Shown: positions 1-11,871 of the stretch, piece after piece
How positions within the stretch are numbered: the first letter of the stretch is position 1
Layout of the letters: each line of letters starts with the position of its first letter
Source: the human T2T-CHM13v2.0 reference genome, Homo sapiens
Direction: 5' to 3' (one strand)
Length of the DNA: 64,000 bases
Assembly: GCF_009914755.1 (NCBI RefSeq)
Contig: NC_060925.1
The notes under the pieces: generated by a model
Database searches by the model: none
What the model was told of the DNA's origin: nothing
The model's input: the letters and a program-made list of their open reading frames with translations, nothing else
Position numbers and translations under genes: made by a program

Positions 1-750
1 TCCCTCAACTGTGCAGTTGCTGGGTGGAGGCTTTTCTTTTCTGCCTGAGTTTGGGTATAACCTATAATGTAACCCTATGAAACTTACATGTTTTAGGTGG
101 GAGAGGGGAAAACAAGGTGCAAGCCCTGTTCCAGGAAGAGCAAAAATGTCCTCAACAGTAAGAGGACATTCTGGGCTGAGAGCCAGGGCTTGAGGCAGCC
201 TGCAATCCTGGCAGATAGCTGGTGGAAGGGACCACAGAGAGATGATACCACACACAGAAGTGAGACCAATGAGATCGTGGGAACTGCCCGGCCAAGGGTT
301 GACATCAAGGAAGCTTAGGAGGCAGGGGACAGCTGGGAAGGGGACAACCAAGAGAACCAGCTGGAAACTGAAAAGGGATGCAAGAGAGAAAGAGGAGGTG
401 GGCACTGAGCTCAGGTGGAGGAGGAGAAAGGCAAACAGGAGAGAGAGAGGCAGAGGATGAGACAAAAACAGAGGTGGAGAGACTGAGAAACAGGGAGACA
501 GAGATGGATGGAGGCTGGGAGAGACAAAGAGGAGACAGGCCTGGGCAGGAGAGGTCCTACGTGGGGAGAAAAGGTTGGGAAGAGAGCAGGAAAGAGAGAA
601 GGAGCACAGGTGTCTGGAGGTTCCCACCAGGCCCAGCCCACCCCTCCTGCAGGCTGGGTCTCTCCCTTGTCTGCCAATCACGAAGCTCAGGATCCCCTCC
701 CTCAGGGCTGGGGGTGGAGAGCTCGCCTCCAGCCCCGCCCTAGTCCAGAG
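1..750 (+). ncRNA. Possible 3' part of the lncRNA annotated just downstream of PDZK1IP1 (LINC00853-like)
   Basis: Mostly recollection of the locus layout; a plausible acceptor ttttAG|G at 96/97 and GA-rich non-coding sequence. Not provable from sequence. Confidence 0.25.
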
Positions 751-1000
751 GCTCCCCCTCCCCAGGCCCTGGGAGGCTGCCCCTGGGACTGGCTGTGCAG
801 CGATAGATGGTGGGGGCCCAGCTGGTGCGTTATCAGCCTTCTCCAGGAGCGCGCCTGAGCCACTCCGTGGCTGCCAGTCTGAGATTAGGCCCCCGGAGGG
901 TCATTAAGCGCCACCCTGGCCCGGGCCCAGCCTCCTTTCCCTCCCCGATCTGGCCAGGCTGGCAGGTGGGAATGAGCGATAAGGATTGGGGGTCTCAGCA
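720..1000. promoter_or_regulatory. TAL1 +51 erythroid enhancer (orthologue of mouse Scl +40)
   Basis: CAGGTG-N9-GATAAG at 963-983, CAGCTG-N6-TATC at 819-834, extra GATAG at 802, CCCCGCCC at 733 and CCACCC at 911; ~51.8 kb from promoter 1a. Confidence 0.85.
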
Positions 1001-3162
1001 GTTCTGGGGCCAGCAGCTCCCTGCTCCCAGCACTCCCCTCTGGATCAGGGCAGGAACATGGGGTGAGGGTGAAGGGCTGTAAGGTCAGTGCCGGCCCAGC
1101 CCCTGCAGGAGCCCCTAGGGTTCCCACTCTCCTAGATCTGCCCATATTGAGCAAGACAGAATGAGAAGGGGGCCAAGGAGGCTCTTGGAGAGGCCTCAGA
1201 CAGCTGCTGGGGAGCAAGGTGAGCCCAGGCAGAAGCAGGCTTCTCCTGGCAAAACCTCACAGGTGTGAGGGGCTGGGATTCACTTGCTGCAGGGAGACAG
1301 GGATGGTGGCTCTGCCTTCTGGCCCTGGCAGGCTGGTGGAGTGACCTGACTCGAACCCACTCCCACCCCCCAGGGACAACTGAGGGCAGAGCTGGGAGGA
1401 AATGTGGCCTCGTGCAAGGAGAATCGGATCCGGCAGTCAGAAGCTTCCCACCAGGAGACAGGAAAGGAAGAGGGGACTGTTTGTGCCTTAGCAGAGGCCT
1501 GACCCTCTAGGAACCTCTGTCTCTCCTTCAGTGAGTGGAGAAGCTGGGCTGGCTGCTGGCCTGGCTTTGCCCTCTGGTCTAATCAAGGAAGACTTCCCAG
1601 AAGAGGAGGAACCTTGGTTGGGTCAAGAAAAAACAATGCGCAGAGTTTAAACTGGCAGAGGTGGGGTGAAAAGGCATGAGTCACAGGCAGCCACGTAAGC
1701 AAAAGCCTAGAGTAGAAATCACAAGCCACAGTTCATTAAGCCGAAGCCCAGAGAGGGGAGGTGACTTGTCTCAAGACACGCAGAAAAGCAAGGATAGGCC
1801 TGGAGCAAAGCCGCTGCTCCCCCACCCACAGGCCTCTTCCCTCTGCTGCAGGCTGCATCCTAAACCCAATGAGGTGAGAAGAGATGATTCCCATTTAAGA
1901 TGAGTCTTCCCCAGTGGTACTTGGTGAAGCCTTGGAATAGCAAAACAATGGCCATAACATAAAGCAAGGGGGCTGTGACAGGTTGAGACAAGTGGCAGAG
2001 GGAGACCTTTGGGACAAGGTGGATGGCCTCCTACCTTCTGGCCCCACTTCTCTGGATCTGGGAATTATCCTGGATGAGTCTCTCAGGTTATCACCCTGGA
2101 CAGAGACAGAAGCTGTTCGCATAAGGCCAACAGTCACAGAGGTGAGGGGCCTCCAGGTTCAGCCAGCCAGGCAAGGCATGCCTCCCCTCTCCCCTGCTCC
2201 TACTAGGACCCAGTTTCCTGATCCTCCCTTCCCTACCCTGACTCCCACCCCAGGACTGGGCATTGGGAGGGCAGGCATAGGCAAGGACTGGGCTCTCCTC
2301 CAGCTCTGCCGTGAGACTGGCCAAATCTTCCACGGAGAGAAAGCTCAGCTCAGAGAGGACAACAGCTTTCCCAAGTTCACACACAAGTTGCCAGAGGACC
2401 CAGGACTCAGATCTGGGCTTCCTGAGTCTCAACCCAAGACTGCTTCCTGACACTTCCTATGCCAAAGCCCAGCACGGAGGGGCTACTGGAGGGAGACAGA
2501 GCTAGATCTGTGTGAACCCACTGTGACACCTCCAGCACAGAGGCAGAGGGTGAGCGGCGCTGAGCAAGGAAAAGCCCAGAGTCTCAGGGATGAAGGATGT
2601 TTGGGGGCGGGGATTTCCAAGAGGGGCGCTACCTGGAGCAAGGGTAGAGTGGGTGAGCTCTCTGGCCCATGGGCCTCTGACATCCTCTTCCTTCCCTACA
2701 TACAGGAAACTGATCAGCACTAGGGGAACCTAGCTCATATTAGGGTCTGCTCTGCCCTGCCCTGGGAAGCCTTGCCTGGCTGCTCTGGTTGAAGAAAGGG
2801 TTTGGCCTGAGGGGACAAAAACCAGCCCATTGGCAGAAATGGGCTCACCTGTCCTGGTCTCCCTGCCTCCCAGTTCTCCCAGGTGTCATCAGACACTCCC
2901 ATTTGAGGGTGCTTCACTCTCAAACACCAGAAAGGCACCAACCCTCTCTTACCCTCACCCTGGCCACACACTCTCAGCCCCTCCCCAGCCTGGGCCCCCT
3001 CGGTCCCAGCTGCCCTGTGGGCACAGGGGCTTCCTGCATAATCCCCCAAAGCCACTACAACAGAGTCGGAAGGTGACTGTCATGATTCAGAAAGCAAGAT
3101 GGGGACTCACTGGAAGCCTGAGGGGCTGTTGCTGAGCCTCAGCCCCAGAAATACAAAAAGTC

Positions 3163-3168
3163 TTTATT
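3163..3168 (-). terminator. PDZK1IP1: PDZK1IP1 polyadenylation signal AATAAA
   Basis: TTTATT on + strand ~320 nt past the stop, followed in sense by T-rich GACTTTTTGTATTT. Confidence 0.85.
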
Positions 3169-3488
3169 TCACAGAAATTAGGGCCATTTCCATAGTTATG
3201 GGGAAGGACGTGTGAGCAGGATGGGAGGTGCTCAGCTGACTGTCCTCTCCAGAAGGCTCTTCTGAGCTGAGCAGGAGACCCCAGGGCCACAGCCGAGCCC
3301 CAACCTAGACACGGTCTGAGCTCCAACCTTGGCTGGCTATACTTCAAGGGCGGGTAGGGCCGGCATGGGGCTGGAGGGAGTCAGCCCACTATTGCAGATT
3401 CCACACAAAGAAGGAGGGGGCTTGGGTGGTAGCACTGGACATCCATCCCATGTGCCTGGGAGTCTTGGGGTTGGAGCCACAGAGAAGG

Positions 3489-3561
3489 TTACATCGGGGT
3501 GCTGCGGACCTTGCCTTCCTCCTCGGGCACATTCTCATAGGCATTCTCATGCTCACTGGAC
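3489..3561 (-). CDS. PDZK1IP1: PDZK1IP1 coding exon 4 ([23 protein letters not shown]), C-terminal PDZ-binding motif STPM
   Basis: Acceptor ttctttcAG|G, TAA at 3491-3489; the four exons sum to 345 nt = 114 aa + stop. Confidence 0.97.
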
Positions 3562-3794
3562 CTGAAAGAAGAAGGCATGGGCCTGATGGGTCATCGCTCC
3601 TCCCATTCTATCCCCTTCTCCCTGCCCCTTCCTGCACTTGTGACAGTAATAGCTTCCAGAATAAACACTTGACTCCCAGAAGGGGATTGTCCTGACCACA
3701 TCTGGGCTTATGCATCCGAGACTGGAGGCCTCTCAGCATCCCCTCCCTGACACCTATCTCCCTCCTCCTGTGGACTGCTGCACCACTGGGTCCT

Positions 3795-5112
3795 ACTGAG
3801 CCCATCCCCCACCGAGCCCATCCCCCACTGACACCATGCTCCACTAAACCCATCCCCCACTGAGCTCCATCCCCAACTGAGTCCATCCCCACTGAACCCA
3901 TCCTCCATTAAACCCATCCCCCACTGAGTCCATCCCCTGCTGAGTCCATCCCCCACTAAGCCCATGCCCCACTGAGCTCCATCCCCCACTAAACCCATCT
4001 CCCAACAAGCTCCATCCCCCACCAAGCTCCATCCCCCACTAAACCCATTCCCACTGAGTCCATCACCCACTGAGTCCATCCTCCACTGAGTCCATCCTCC
4101 ACTGAACCCATGCCCCACTGAACCCATCCCCCACTGAACCATCCCCCACTGAACCTATCCCCCACTGAGCCCATTCCCCACTGAGTCCATCCCCCACTGA
4201 GTCCATCCCCCACTGAGTCCATCCCTCACTGAGTCCATCCCTTGCTGAGCCCATACCCGCTAAGTCCATCCCCCGCTGAGTCCATCCCCCGCTGAGTCCA
4301 TCCCCTGCTGAGTCCATCCCCCACTGAGCTCCATCCCCCACTAAGCTCCATCCCCCACTAAACCCATCTCCCAACAAGCTCCATCCCCCACCAAGCTCCG
4401 TCCGCCACCAAGCTCCATCCCCCACTAAACCCATCCCCCACTGAGCTCCATCCTCCACTGAACCCATCCCCACTGAGTCCATCTCCCACTGAGTCCAACC
4501 CCACTGAACCCATCCCCCACTGAACCCATCCCCCACTGAACCCATCCCCCACTGAACCCATCCCTCACTGAACCCATCCTCCACTGAATCCATCCCCCAC
4601 TGAGCTCCATCCCCCACTGAACCCATCCCCCACTGAACCCATCCCCCACTGAATCCATCCCCCACTGAGCTCCATCCCCCACTGAACCCATCCCCCACTG
4701 AATCCATCCCCCACTGAGCTCCATCCCCCACTGAACCCATCCCTCACTGAACCCATCCTCCACTGAATCCATCCCCCACTGAGCTCCATCCCCCACTGAA
4801 CCCATCCCCCACTGAACCCATCCCCCACTGAATCCATCCCCCACTGAGCTCCATCCCCCACTGAACCCATTCCCCCACTGAGACCATCCCCCACTGAACC
4901 CATCCCCCACTGAACCCATCCCCCACTGAATCCATCCCCCACTGAGCTCCATCCCCCACTGAGCTCCATCCCCCACTGAGTCCATACCCCACTGAGTCCA
5001 TACCCCACTGAGTCCACACCCCAGTGAACCCATCCCCCACTGAGTCCATACCCCAGTGAACCCATCCCCCACTGAGCTGCATCCTCTACTGAGCCTTCCC
5101 CTCACTGAGTCC
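3795..5112. repeat. Minisatellite/VNTR, 16-17 bp unit (TGAACCCATCCCCCAC / TGAGCTCCATCCCCCAC), roughly 80 copies, in PDZK1IP1 intron 3
   Basis: Tandem units directly visible; explains the many G/W/D/S-rich ORFs at 3600-5100. Confidence 0.97.
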
Positions 5113-5418
5113 CTCACTCATTTGTTCCTTCCTCCATTGAACCCTTTGTCCCCATTGTACCCACTGCCCTATGAGTCCCCTCCCCTACGCTGAACCCTAC
5201 CCTACCAAGTCTCCGTCCCCTTCTGCAGCCCTCGCCCCACACAGGGGCTGCATTTTCCCCACAGAGCCCTGCAATCCTCACAAAGCCCCCATTGCCTCAC
5301 TAGCTTTTGCCCACATGAGTCTCCGTCCTCCCCAGCCACCTCCCCCCAGCAGCACCTGTCTTGAGATTCTCCTTAGGCCCTGGGAGCACAGACCGGGCAG
5401 CCCTGCCCTGCACCTCAC

Positions 5419-5514
5419 CTGAAACTGGCCGCCATCGAAGAGTACCTTCCATCTGTTCCCACCAGGACTCCATCTGCCTTGTTTCCGACGGTCAGGATCA
5501 TGTGTGCAGGCTCC
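5419..5514 (-). CDS. PDZK1IP1: PDZK1IP1 coding exon 3 ([32 protein letters not shown])
   Basis: Acceptor ccccAG|G, donor AG|GTGAGG; 96 nt, frame preserving. Confidence 0.97.
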
Positions 5515-6445
5515 CTGGGGATGGGATTCATCAGTGGGGCTCCTCAGTGGGGCCCCCCTCGTCCAAGCAGACCCTATTCTGGGTCCTGGTTCTCACAAGC
5601 CCGAAGGCTAGCAACTGCCCTTCCCAGAGCTGTGTGCAACAGGGCATGTCAGCCGCGGCTACTGGCCCCACCCATGGGGTCTCTCACTTTCTCCCCACTC
5701 CATAGTGGGGGGCCAAATATTTGCAAAAGATTTATCCTGAGTCCAAAGCCTCTCTCTGTCCCAGACGCCCTCAGTTCAGCCTCCACAGCAGGCCCTGCAG
5801 GATGCAGTGTCTGCCCCAAATTTCCCCAGCTCGTGCCTTGGGCAGTGGGCACAGATGTGGTTGGTGGCCCTTCAGGCAGAGCTGGGGCAGGTGGAGAAAG
5901 TCTATCTGAAGGGCATTCAACAACAACCTTCTCGTCTCTTACTCAAGTTTAAACCCCCTGCAGTGTGGGCTCTCCCTGAAGCCTCCCAGAAGCTGCTCTC
6001 ATGAGGGTTACAGGGACCCGAACACCTGCTCATTTCCTTAGACATCCCACAGGCACCCCAGACTTAATATGTCTCCAATTAAACTTAGCAGTTGCCCCTA
6101 TGTCTGCTCATCCTCCTGTGTTCTGGGCCTCGGTGAGTGATCCGCCATGAGAAACTTAGATGCCATTCCTGCCTTCCTCCCCTCGAGTCCGCTGCTGTCT
6201 GTGACGACCAACTCCCAGGGTGCCCACCTCCTAGACAGAGCTCAGACTCGTCTCTTCACTTCATCCTCTCTGCCACCGCTACAGTCCAGACCCCCTCCTG
6301 ACCTCATGCCCACCCCCTCACCACTCTCCAGGCCTGCAGACTGGAGACTCTTCCACCGCCGCCGTGCATCTGCCACGAGGCAGCCAGAGTCATTCTGCTA
6401 AGGCCGTGTCTCATCCCGAAACTGGCTTAAAAACTTGCCACTGGA

Positions 6446-6851
<406 letters not shown>

Positions 6852-7728
6852 TCAGGTGTCTCCATCCCTGTCTCCACCCACTGAGCCACTGGGGTTTCCT
6901 CAGCAACCCTGCATGGGGCTAGCACTCAAGCCACCAGGCCACCTTTGTGAGATCTGGGAAGAAATGCCCCTGGGAACAGAGGCAGCCTTGCCTGAGGGTC
7001 CTGACCTGGTGAGTGCAGAGTGAGCTGGATTTCAGCCCACCTGCCCTTCACCTGTGTGTGTCTGTCCCCAGCAGCCCTGGTGCCGTGCCCCTAACTCAGG
7101 ACCTGGGTGTACCCTTCCCTCAACTGCAGCGCTCTTCCCACGCCACTCTATCCTGGTAGTGACTCCTCCTCGTTAGTCAGGTTTCGGGATAAATGTGCAA
7201 TGGGGAAGCCTTCTCTGGCCACCCCGGACCAGGTCAGGCCCTGCAGTGTCCTCTGCGCTCTCCCTCAGCAGCAACTCTTGAACTTCTGACAGCTCACTCC
7301 AGTCTGAGCCTGTGAGGGCAGGAGGTGTGTCTGTCCCATGCCCTCTCTGTACCACAGCTGACCCACCCAAAGGAGGGACCGCACCTTCTAGAGGTCCTTA
7401 CAGCCCCCATCACAGGCTGGGCCGCTATCCTGGCTCTGCGGAAACACCAAGACTCCAAGAAGCGAAGCCGTTTCCCCAAAACTCACAGGGAGTGGGCACC
7501 AGAGCTGTGGGGCCCACAGTGCCCAGGTCTGGGAGCCAGCAAGCCTAGGCTCTCATTCCCTCATCCCGACTGTCACCAACCCACCCCATGACCTTGAGCC
7601 TCAGTTTCCCTTCCACACAGGGGGAGGATTGGACACAGGGTTTCTGAGGCCCTTCTCACTGCTACTAGAGCAAGAGCAGTGGTCCTGGGCCCACCCTGCC
7701 TGCTCAGGGACCCTTGGGCAGCACTCAC

Positions 7729-7837
7729 GGCTCCTCCTGGCACCAGAAGTGGTTGACTGCAAAGGCGATTGCAACGAGGACCAGGAACACGGCCACCGCG
7801 ATAAGGCCCTGCATCCAGGGCTGAAGGTTCCCCAGGC
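7729..7837 (-). CDS. PDZK1IP1: PDZK1IP1 coding exon 2 (TM helix, [37 protein letters not shown])
   Basis: Acceptor tttgttAG|GCC, donor CC|GTGAGT; 109 nt; phase fits exon 1. Confidence 0.97.
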
Positions 7838-8581
7838 CTAACAAAGGGAGAGGGGCTGTAGCAGACGGGGCCACAGTGGGGCTGCATGTGCAGGAGAGCG
7901 AGGGGCCTCACTCTTCAAGGACCCCACCTATGCTGAAGGCCCTCAGCCAGCTGCCAGGAGCAAGGAGACATTGTGGGGAGGCAGGGGTGGGATACAGCCC
8001 ATCTGACCCACTTATGCATCTTAAGCTCCACCGAGCTTAGGAAAAGGAGGGAGCTGGAGGAACAACAGAGGCTCAGAGAGAAGGGAGTTGGAAGGAGTGA
8101 GAAGCCAAGGAGGGAAGAGCCTCAGTGCTGTATCTAGGCAGCCCAGAGCCTCTTTCCCTCCCGCAGGTGGGTCACATGCAGCCCCAGGGACCAAAGGGCA
8201 GCCCCCTGGACAGCCGGCCTAGGCCTTGCAGCTGGGAGTGGCTCCCAGAAGGCTGAGGAGGACCCACAGCTGACAAGACTGGTCTGGGATCTAGAAGATC
8301 CTGTTCTGTAGCAAGACGTTTCTCTGATGGTAGGAAGGGTATGAGAGTGGGAGACTCTCAGGGCTGCTCAGCTGGGGAGATCTGGGGTGCCTGGGGTACC
8401 CAGAGAGAGGAGTGGACCAGGACATCTTTAGAAGGGCAGAATGGAGGGGTGAACTCTACTCTGGGTCTTGGGGACCAGGAAAGAAGCCTCAAAACCTGAG
8501 CTCCTTTTGATTCCCCCAGCTGGGTGCCCAGGGACTAGGGCCAGAGATTAGGTTGAGGCCCCAACCTGCACCCTTCTCTAC

Positions 8582-8715
8582 TTTTTTTATTTTTTAATAG
8601 AGACAGGGTCTTACTACGTTGCCCAGGCTGGTCTCAAACTCCTGGGCTCAGGCGAGCCTCTGGCCTTGGCCTCCCAAAGTGCTGGGATTACAGGCATGAG
8701 CTACTGCACCAGGTC
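8582..8715 (-). mobile_element. Alu monomer (FLAM-like)
   Basis: Single left arm with T-tail; TSD CCCTTCTCT(A/G)CTTTTT. Confidence 0.88.
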
Positions 8716-10275
8716 CCTTCTCTGCTTTTTGACCCTTGACACCAACACAGTCCCTCAAGATTTTCCTGAAGTCCCTGCCTTCAGGCCTCTGCTTCCCCAA
8801 AGGACTTTCCTCTTCCCCAGCATCACTGCACTCCATGAGCCTGCAGGAGCTCAGCCTTGTAGAGAAAAGACCCTCAGCGGGGAGAAGTCCCAGGACAAAA
8901 CACAGGTCAGCAGGGGGCTTCAGAGGGGTCCTGCCTCCAGGCCAGAATATACCTGCATCCCTATATTTTGAGGGACCCAAGCTGGACATGAGAAAACCTT
9001 CCTCTGGCTCACTCCTGCTCAAATGTCCTCCTTTGAGTCTACCAAAAGCTCTCCTGCTGCAGTGGAGGCCTGACCTCTTCTCCGAGCCTGGCAAATATTG
9101 GGAAGGAGGAAGGAGGCTAGGAACTCTCTGGCCTGTAGTGAGGTCAGACCTCACTTATCTCCAGGGGAAGCAGAAGACACACAGTGTGATTACCCTCAGT
9201 TCCACACCTGCCAAAAAGCAGTATTTGGGAGTCATTGTTTCCCTAGGGGTTCAGACTGCTCCCTCAGGTCAGTGGTTGCTCAAGCATGGGGAGTTAGGGC
9301 TCAACCCTTGGAGGCCCCTCCCTGTTTCCTCCTAGACCCTGCAGCCAATTCTCTCCAGTCACCCCAGGGACCACAGTCCCTGCTCCTCCTCCCATGCACA
9401 TACAGCAAGGGGCAGTGTCTGGGGCAGGAGAAAGGTGGTCTGAACCCTGTCCTTTCTTGCCGTGCTCTGTGACTCAACCTCTCTGGTCTGCAGTTCCCCA
9501 GAGGGCTTCCAAGACCTGGGAGACAGAGTTGAAGCAGACACACATAAGAGCTCGGGGTGGGGGTGGGAGGGGAGCTCTGAAAGCATCTTTGCCAGTCCCC
9601 TCTGGACCAAGTCCCACCTGCAGAGTCCCCAGACTTTGGCTGCAGATGCAGCCTGACAGTGTAGAATGAAAGCCAGACCTTGGGTTAGTTACTTCACCAG
9701 GTGCAAAGCCCTTCTTCACCTCTGACCTGGCAGCAGCCCTGGGAGGTGGGCAGGGTGGGGTTTATTGTTCTCATTTTATAGGTGAGAAAACTGAGTCTCA
9801 GGAAGGGGCAGTGATTTGCTCAAGGTCACACATCCATTCAGGCAGAGCAGGACGAAGAGGTCAGATATTTGGGGGAGTCACACTGGGCACTGTTCTCTAT
9901 CCAAGCCCAAGAGGCCGAGACAAAGCCCAAGTCTTTGAGGGGTGGCTTGGGCCCCACTCTCACCCTACTTGTACCCCCGGGTCCCCTGTACTCAGGACCC
10001 AGCCATCCCTTGGGCAATGCCTGCTCTTGGGGCTTGGGCCTCAAATCCTGTTCCTCCCTGAGATCCTAGAACCAACTGCTGCCAGTTTTCACTCGTTGAA
10101 AACAAGTGACAGGCAGAGACTTGGTTCAGAGGTCTCTGCCTTGGGACATTCTTTCAGCTAGCGCAGTCCCTGCTCCCCCTCCAAACTGTAAGTATCAAGG
10201 CCCTGGGGAGGGGAGCCAGAACACCACCTGTCCACCCCTGGGTCTCCCGTGCCCAGCCCTCTCCTCCTGAGCTAC

Positions 10276-10342
10276 CTTGCTGACAGCTGGCAGGTGGCAC
10301 TGCCGTGAGCAGGCCCAGAATGAGGAGGCTGAGGGCCGACAT
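10276..10342 (-). CDS. PDZK1IP1: PDZK1IP1 (MAP17) coding exon 1, signal-peptide-like N-terminus MSALSLLILGLLTAVPPASCQQ
   Basis: ATG at 10342 in GCAGCCATG context; donor AAG|GTAGC at 10276/10275; 67 nt; translation matches the MAP17 N-terminus. Confidence 0.97.
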
Positions 10343-10800
10343 GGCTGCAGCAGCTCCTAGCCTTGCTTCTGGCCGCCGGTGTCTGGGCTCCTGGAGCTGC
10401 TGTGGAGTCTATTGGTGTCCGCCTGAAATCAACCTGGGCTCAGTCTGGCCCTGGAGGAGAGGAGCTAGGAAGGAGGAAGGCGAGGGAGGGAGGAGACACG
10501 AAGACGGGCGTCGGAGAGAACGTGCCCTCCCTCCCATGGTAATGAGCTGCCAGGCCTGGCCTCCCCTGGCTGGTGCCCAGCTCACTTGGGCTGGCATTCG
10601 AGGTCATCTTCCAGGGGCCAGCTAAGGAGGTGGGTATGAGGAACAAGCAGATGTGGGAGAGTCCCAGCCTCACCTCCATGCCCTGAGCTCCCTTTTCCTG
10701 GCAGTGGGGCTGGATTCTAGGGAAAGGGGTGACACACAGTCGCTCCTGCCTTGACTGAGCCCAGTGGGCGGGGCTTCTTGGAAGGCTGACAGTGGGATTA
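10343..10800 (-). promoter_or_regulatory. PDZK1IP1: PDZK1IP1 5'UTR and proximal promoter
   Basis: Directly upstream of the ATG; GC box GTGGGCGGGGC at ~10764-10774; exact TSS cannot be read from sequence. Confidence 0.6.
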
Positions 10801-11793
10801 AGAAATGTCCTGGCTGGCTCAGGAGCCTGGGGAAAACCCCAGAAGCCCAGAGAAGGCTCAAAGCTGCCAGACTCCGCCGAGAGCCTGGCCTATTTCCTGT
10901 TCTCCCCACCACCTGCCCCTGCCCCGCCAAGCTAAACTCTGGGACTCTAATGCTGGGACACACTACGGCTTCAGTGCCTTCCACGCCCTGGCCCAGCCCA
11001 GTAGCTTCCTAAATCCACCCCCTTCTGCAAAGATCTCAATAGAGGGCCTGAAGGTCCCAGTCCCCAGCTTTCACAGCCCATGCCCAGGCCCTGACCCAGC
11101 ACAGCTAACCTAGTCCCAGTTCGGTTCTTCCTCTTGGCCCCAGATGTGGTCCCTGGAAACCGGGCAGGGCCTCAAAACAAGATACAGCCTTGGTCAGAGG
11201 CTTCAACACCCAACTTCAGATCCATCTCCACCCATGGCAGAGGAGAAAATGGGCAAACACAGCCTGCTGTGGGGGACAAAGGACGGACACCCCAGATGGC
11301 AAGGTGCGATCTAGGGCCCTGAAGCCCTGGGCCCGTCACCCTCATAGCCAAAAGCAGCATTGAGGAAGGCACACCTAGCCCCTGGAACAGGGAGGCCCTG
11401 GAGCCAGAGCCCTCGGAAGAGGCAAAAGCCTCCCCAGGATCACGTGGTGTCCACCTGGCCCTCCAGCTCAGGGAATGAGAATGGCCAGAGTTCCTGTGCA
11501 AGCCCCTGACCAAGGGTCATGCTGGTCTCCTTGCCCCACCCCCCACCCCAGAAGTATGGGAAGCTGAGATGCTGACTCCCTAGAAAGGAGCGGGCCAACT
11601 GGAACAAAGTCTCATCAGAGATGGAAGGTCCCCAGGAGCCAGCACCTGAGCTGAAGGCACCTCCACAGCCTCTCTTCCCTGAAGCCACCAAACTCCTATT
11701 CATCAGGCCTCCTGGGCAACCCTTCCTATGGCAGGATGATTCTGCCTTCCTGCTCCAGCGGGAGCACTCAGACATCATGCCTCAGGCCTGCTT

Positions 11794-11795
<2 letters not shown>

Positions 11796-11852
<57 letters not shown>

Positions 11853-11871
11853 TGGGTGTGTGTGTGTGTGT
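11796..11871. repeat. (GT)n microsatellite
   Basis: Long TG run with few interruptions, ~1.4 kb upstream of the PDZK1IP1 ATG. Confidence 0.97.

Noticed and set aside
2615-2631. CTCF-like TTCCAAGAGGGGCGCTA
   Set aside because: One base short in the core compared with CCASYAGRKGGCRS; too weak to call.
3795-5112. CRISPR-like array
   Set aside because: Units are contiguous with no unique spacers, there are no cas genes, and the context is eukaryotic.
3608-5117. Multiple overlapping 60-230 aa Gly/Trp/Asp-rich ORFs
   Set aside because: They are translations of the 16/17-bp minisatellite, open in several frames inside an intron.
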